From the sequence record NC_023719.1: a stretch of 64,000 nt of DNA, one strand, 5' to 3'. Numbering within the stretch: the stretch's first letter is position 1; each line of letters begins with the position of its first letter. The position numbers were made by a program, and so were the translations under genes. The notes under the pieces were generated by a model. That model was not told the DNA's origin, made no database searches, and was given only the letters and a program-made list of their open reading frames with translations. This document shows positions 63,685 through 64,000 of this stretch, one piece after another.

Positions 63685-64000
63685 ATGGACCTTTATGAAG
63701 CTGGTAATATAAAGAGTCTTGAAAACCGGATAAAAGACACAATTTGGGTAGATAGTCAATCTTCTATTCAATATTTAATAAAAAAGAAGTATTTCCGTAA
63801 AAAAGTGATAAAAGATAAAGGTACTAAAAATGAATATGTTAGTTATTTCTTTTTTAGGTATAAAGAAGATAAGATGTTATTTATGAAAGAATATTACAAA
63901 AAATTATCAAAGACAGATGGTATAAGAGAAATACATGATAAAATTGGTTTATTATTTGGTTACCCGCCAAAGGCTGTGCAAAAATTTCACTCTAGAGATT
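63685..64000 (+). CDS. Hypothetical protein, truncated by window end
   Basis: RBS GAGGTG; open to the end; HDKIGLLFGYPPKAV motif. Confidence 0.55.
   Translation, partial: MDLYEAGNIKSLENRIKDTIWVDSQSSIQYLIKKKYFRKKVIKDKGTKNEYVSYFFFRYKEDKMLFMKEYYKKLSKTDGIREIHDKIGLLFGYPPKAVQKFHSRD

Noticed and set aside
1-64000. Alternative genetic code (stop codon reassignment)
   Set aside because: TAA, TAG and TGA all end well-formed genes; the three split genes are explained by a frame change, not readthrough.

Overview
64 kb from the left end of an AT-rich, Bacillus/Lysinibacillus-type jumbo phage genome, almost entirely on the + strand. Gene order and protein sizes (560-aa terminase, 165-aa decoration protein, 282-aa major capsid protein) resemble Bacillus phage G as I recall it; this needs a BLAST check. 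The window divides into: (i) head morphogenesis and lysis, 1-24.1 kb (terminase, M16 peptidase, sigma factor, acidic head-associated proteins, portal, prohead protease, endolysin/holins, decoration protein, capsid protein); (ii) a free-standing nuclease cassette, then a long accessory region, 25-52 kb, of small ORFs, paralog families and host-like genes (YutG/PgpA, dimeric dUTPase, DUF2829/Tad2-like, CPBP protease, SPFH, SLOG, SigF-like sigma, RarA, DinG-like helicase, HD domain); (iii) a class Ib RNR operon nrdH-I-E-F and two RsfA-like regulators, 53-58 kb; (iv) a cluster of 8 tRNAs plus two oversized tRNA-like RNAs, 58.6-60.7 kb; (v) a tandem paralog array, 61.9-63.7 kb. The most interesting signals are: three sites where an A-rich slippery heptamer abuts a stop codon and the -1 frame continues into the next, RBS-less ORF (one would build an amidase-LysM-glucosaminidase endolysin); a shared N-terminal M-(K/S)-R-L-x-K-K-A-type tag on head proteins and on four dispersed stand-alone genes (two ADP-ribosyltransferase-like, one ParB/Srx-like, one unknown) that may be capsid-packaged cargo; and the two ~125-nt CCA-ended tRNA mimics. 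All product calls come from motifs recognised by eye; no searches were run.
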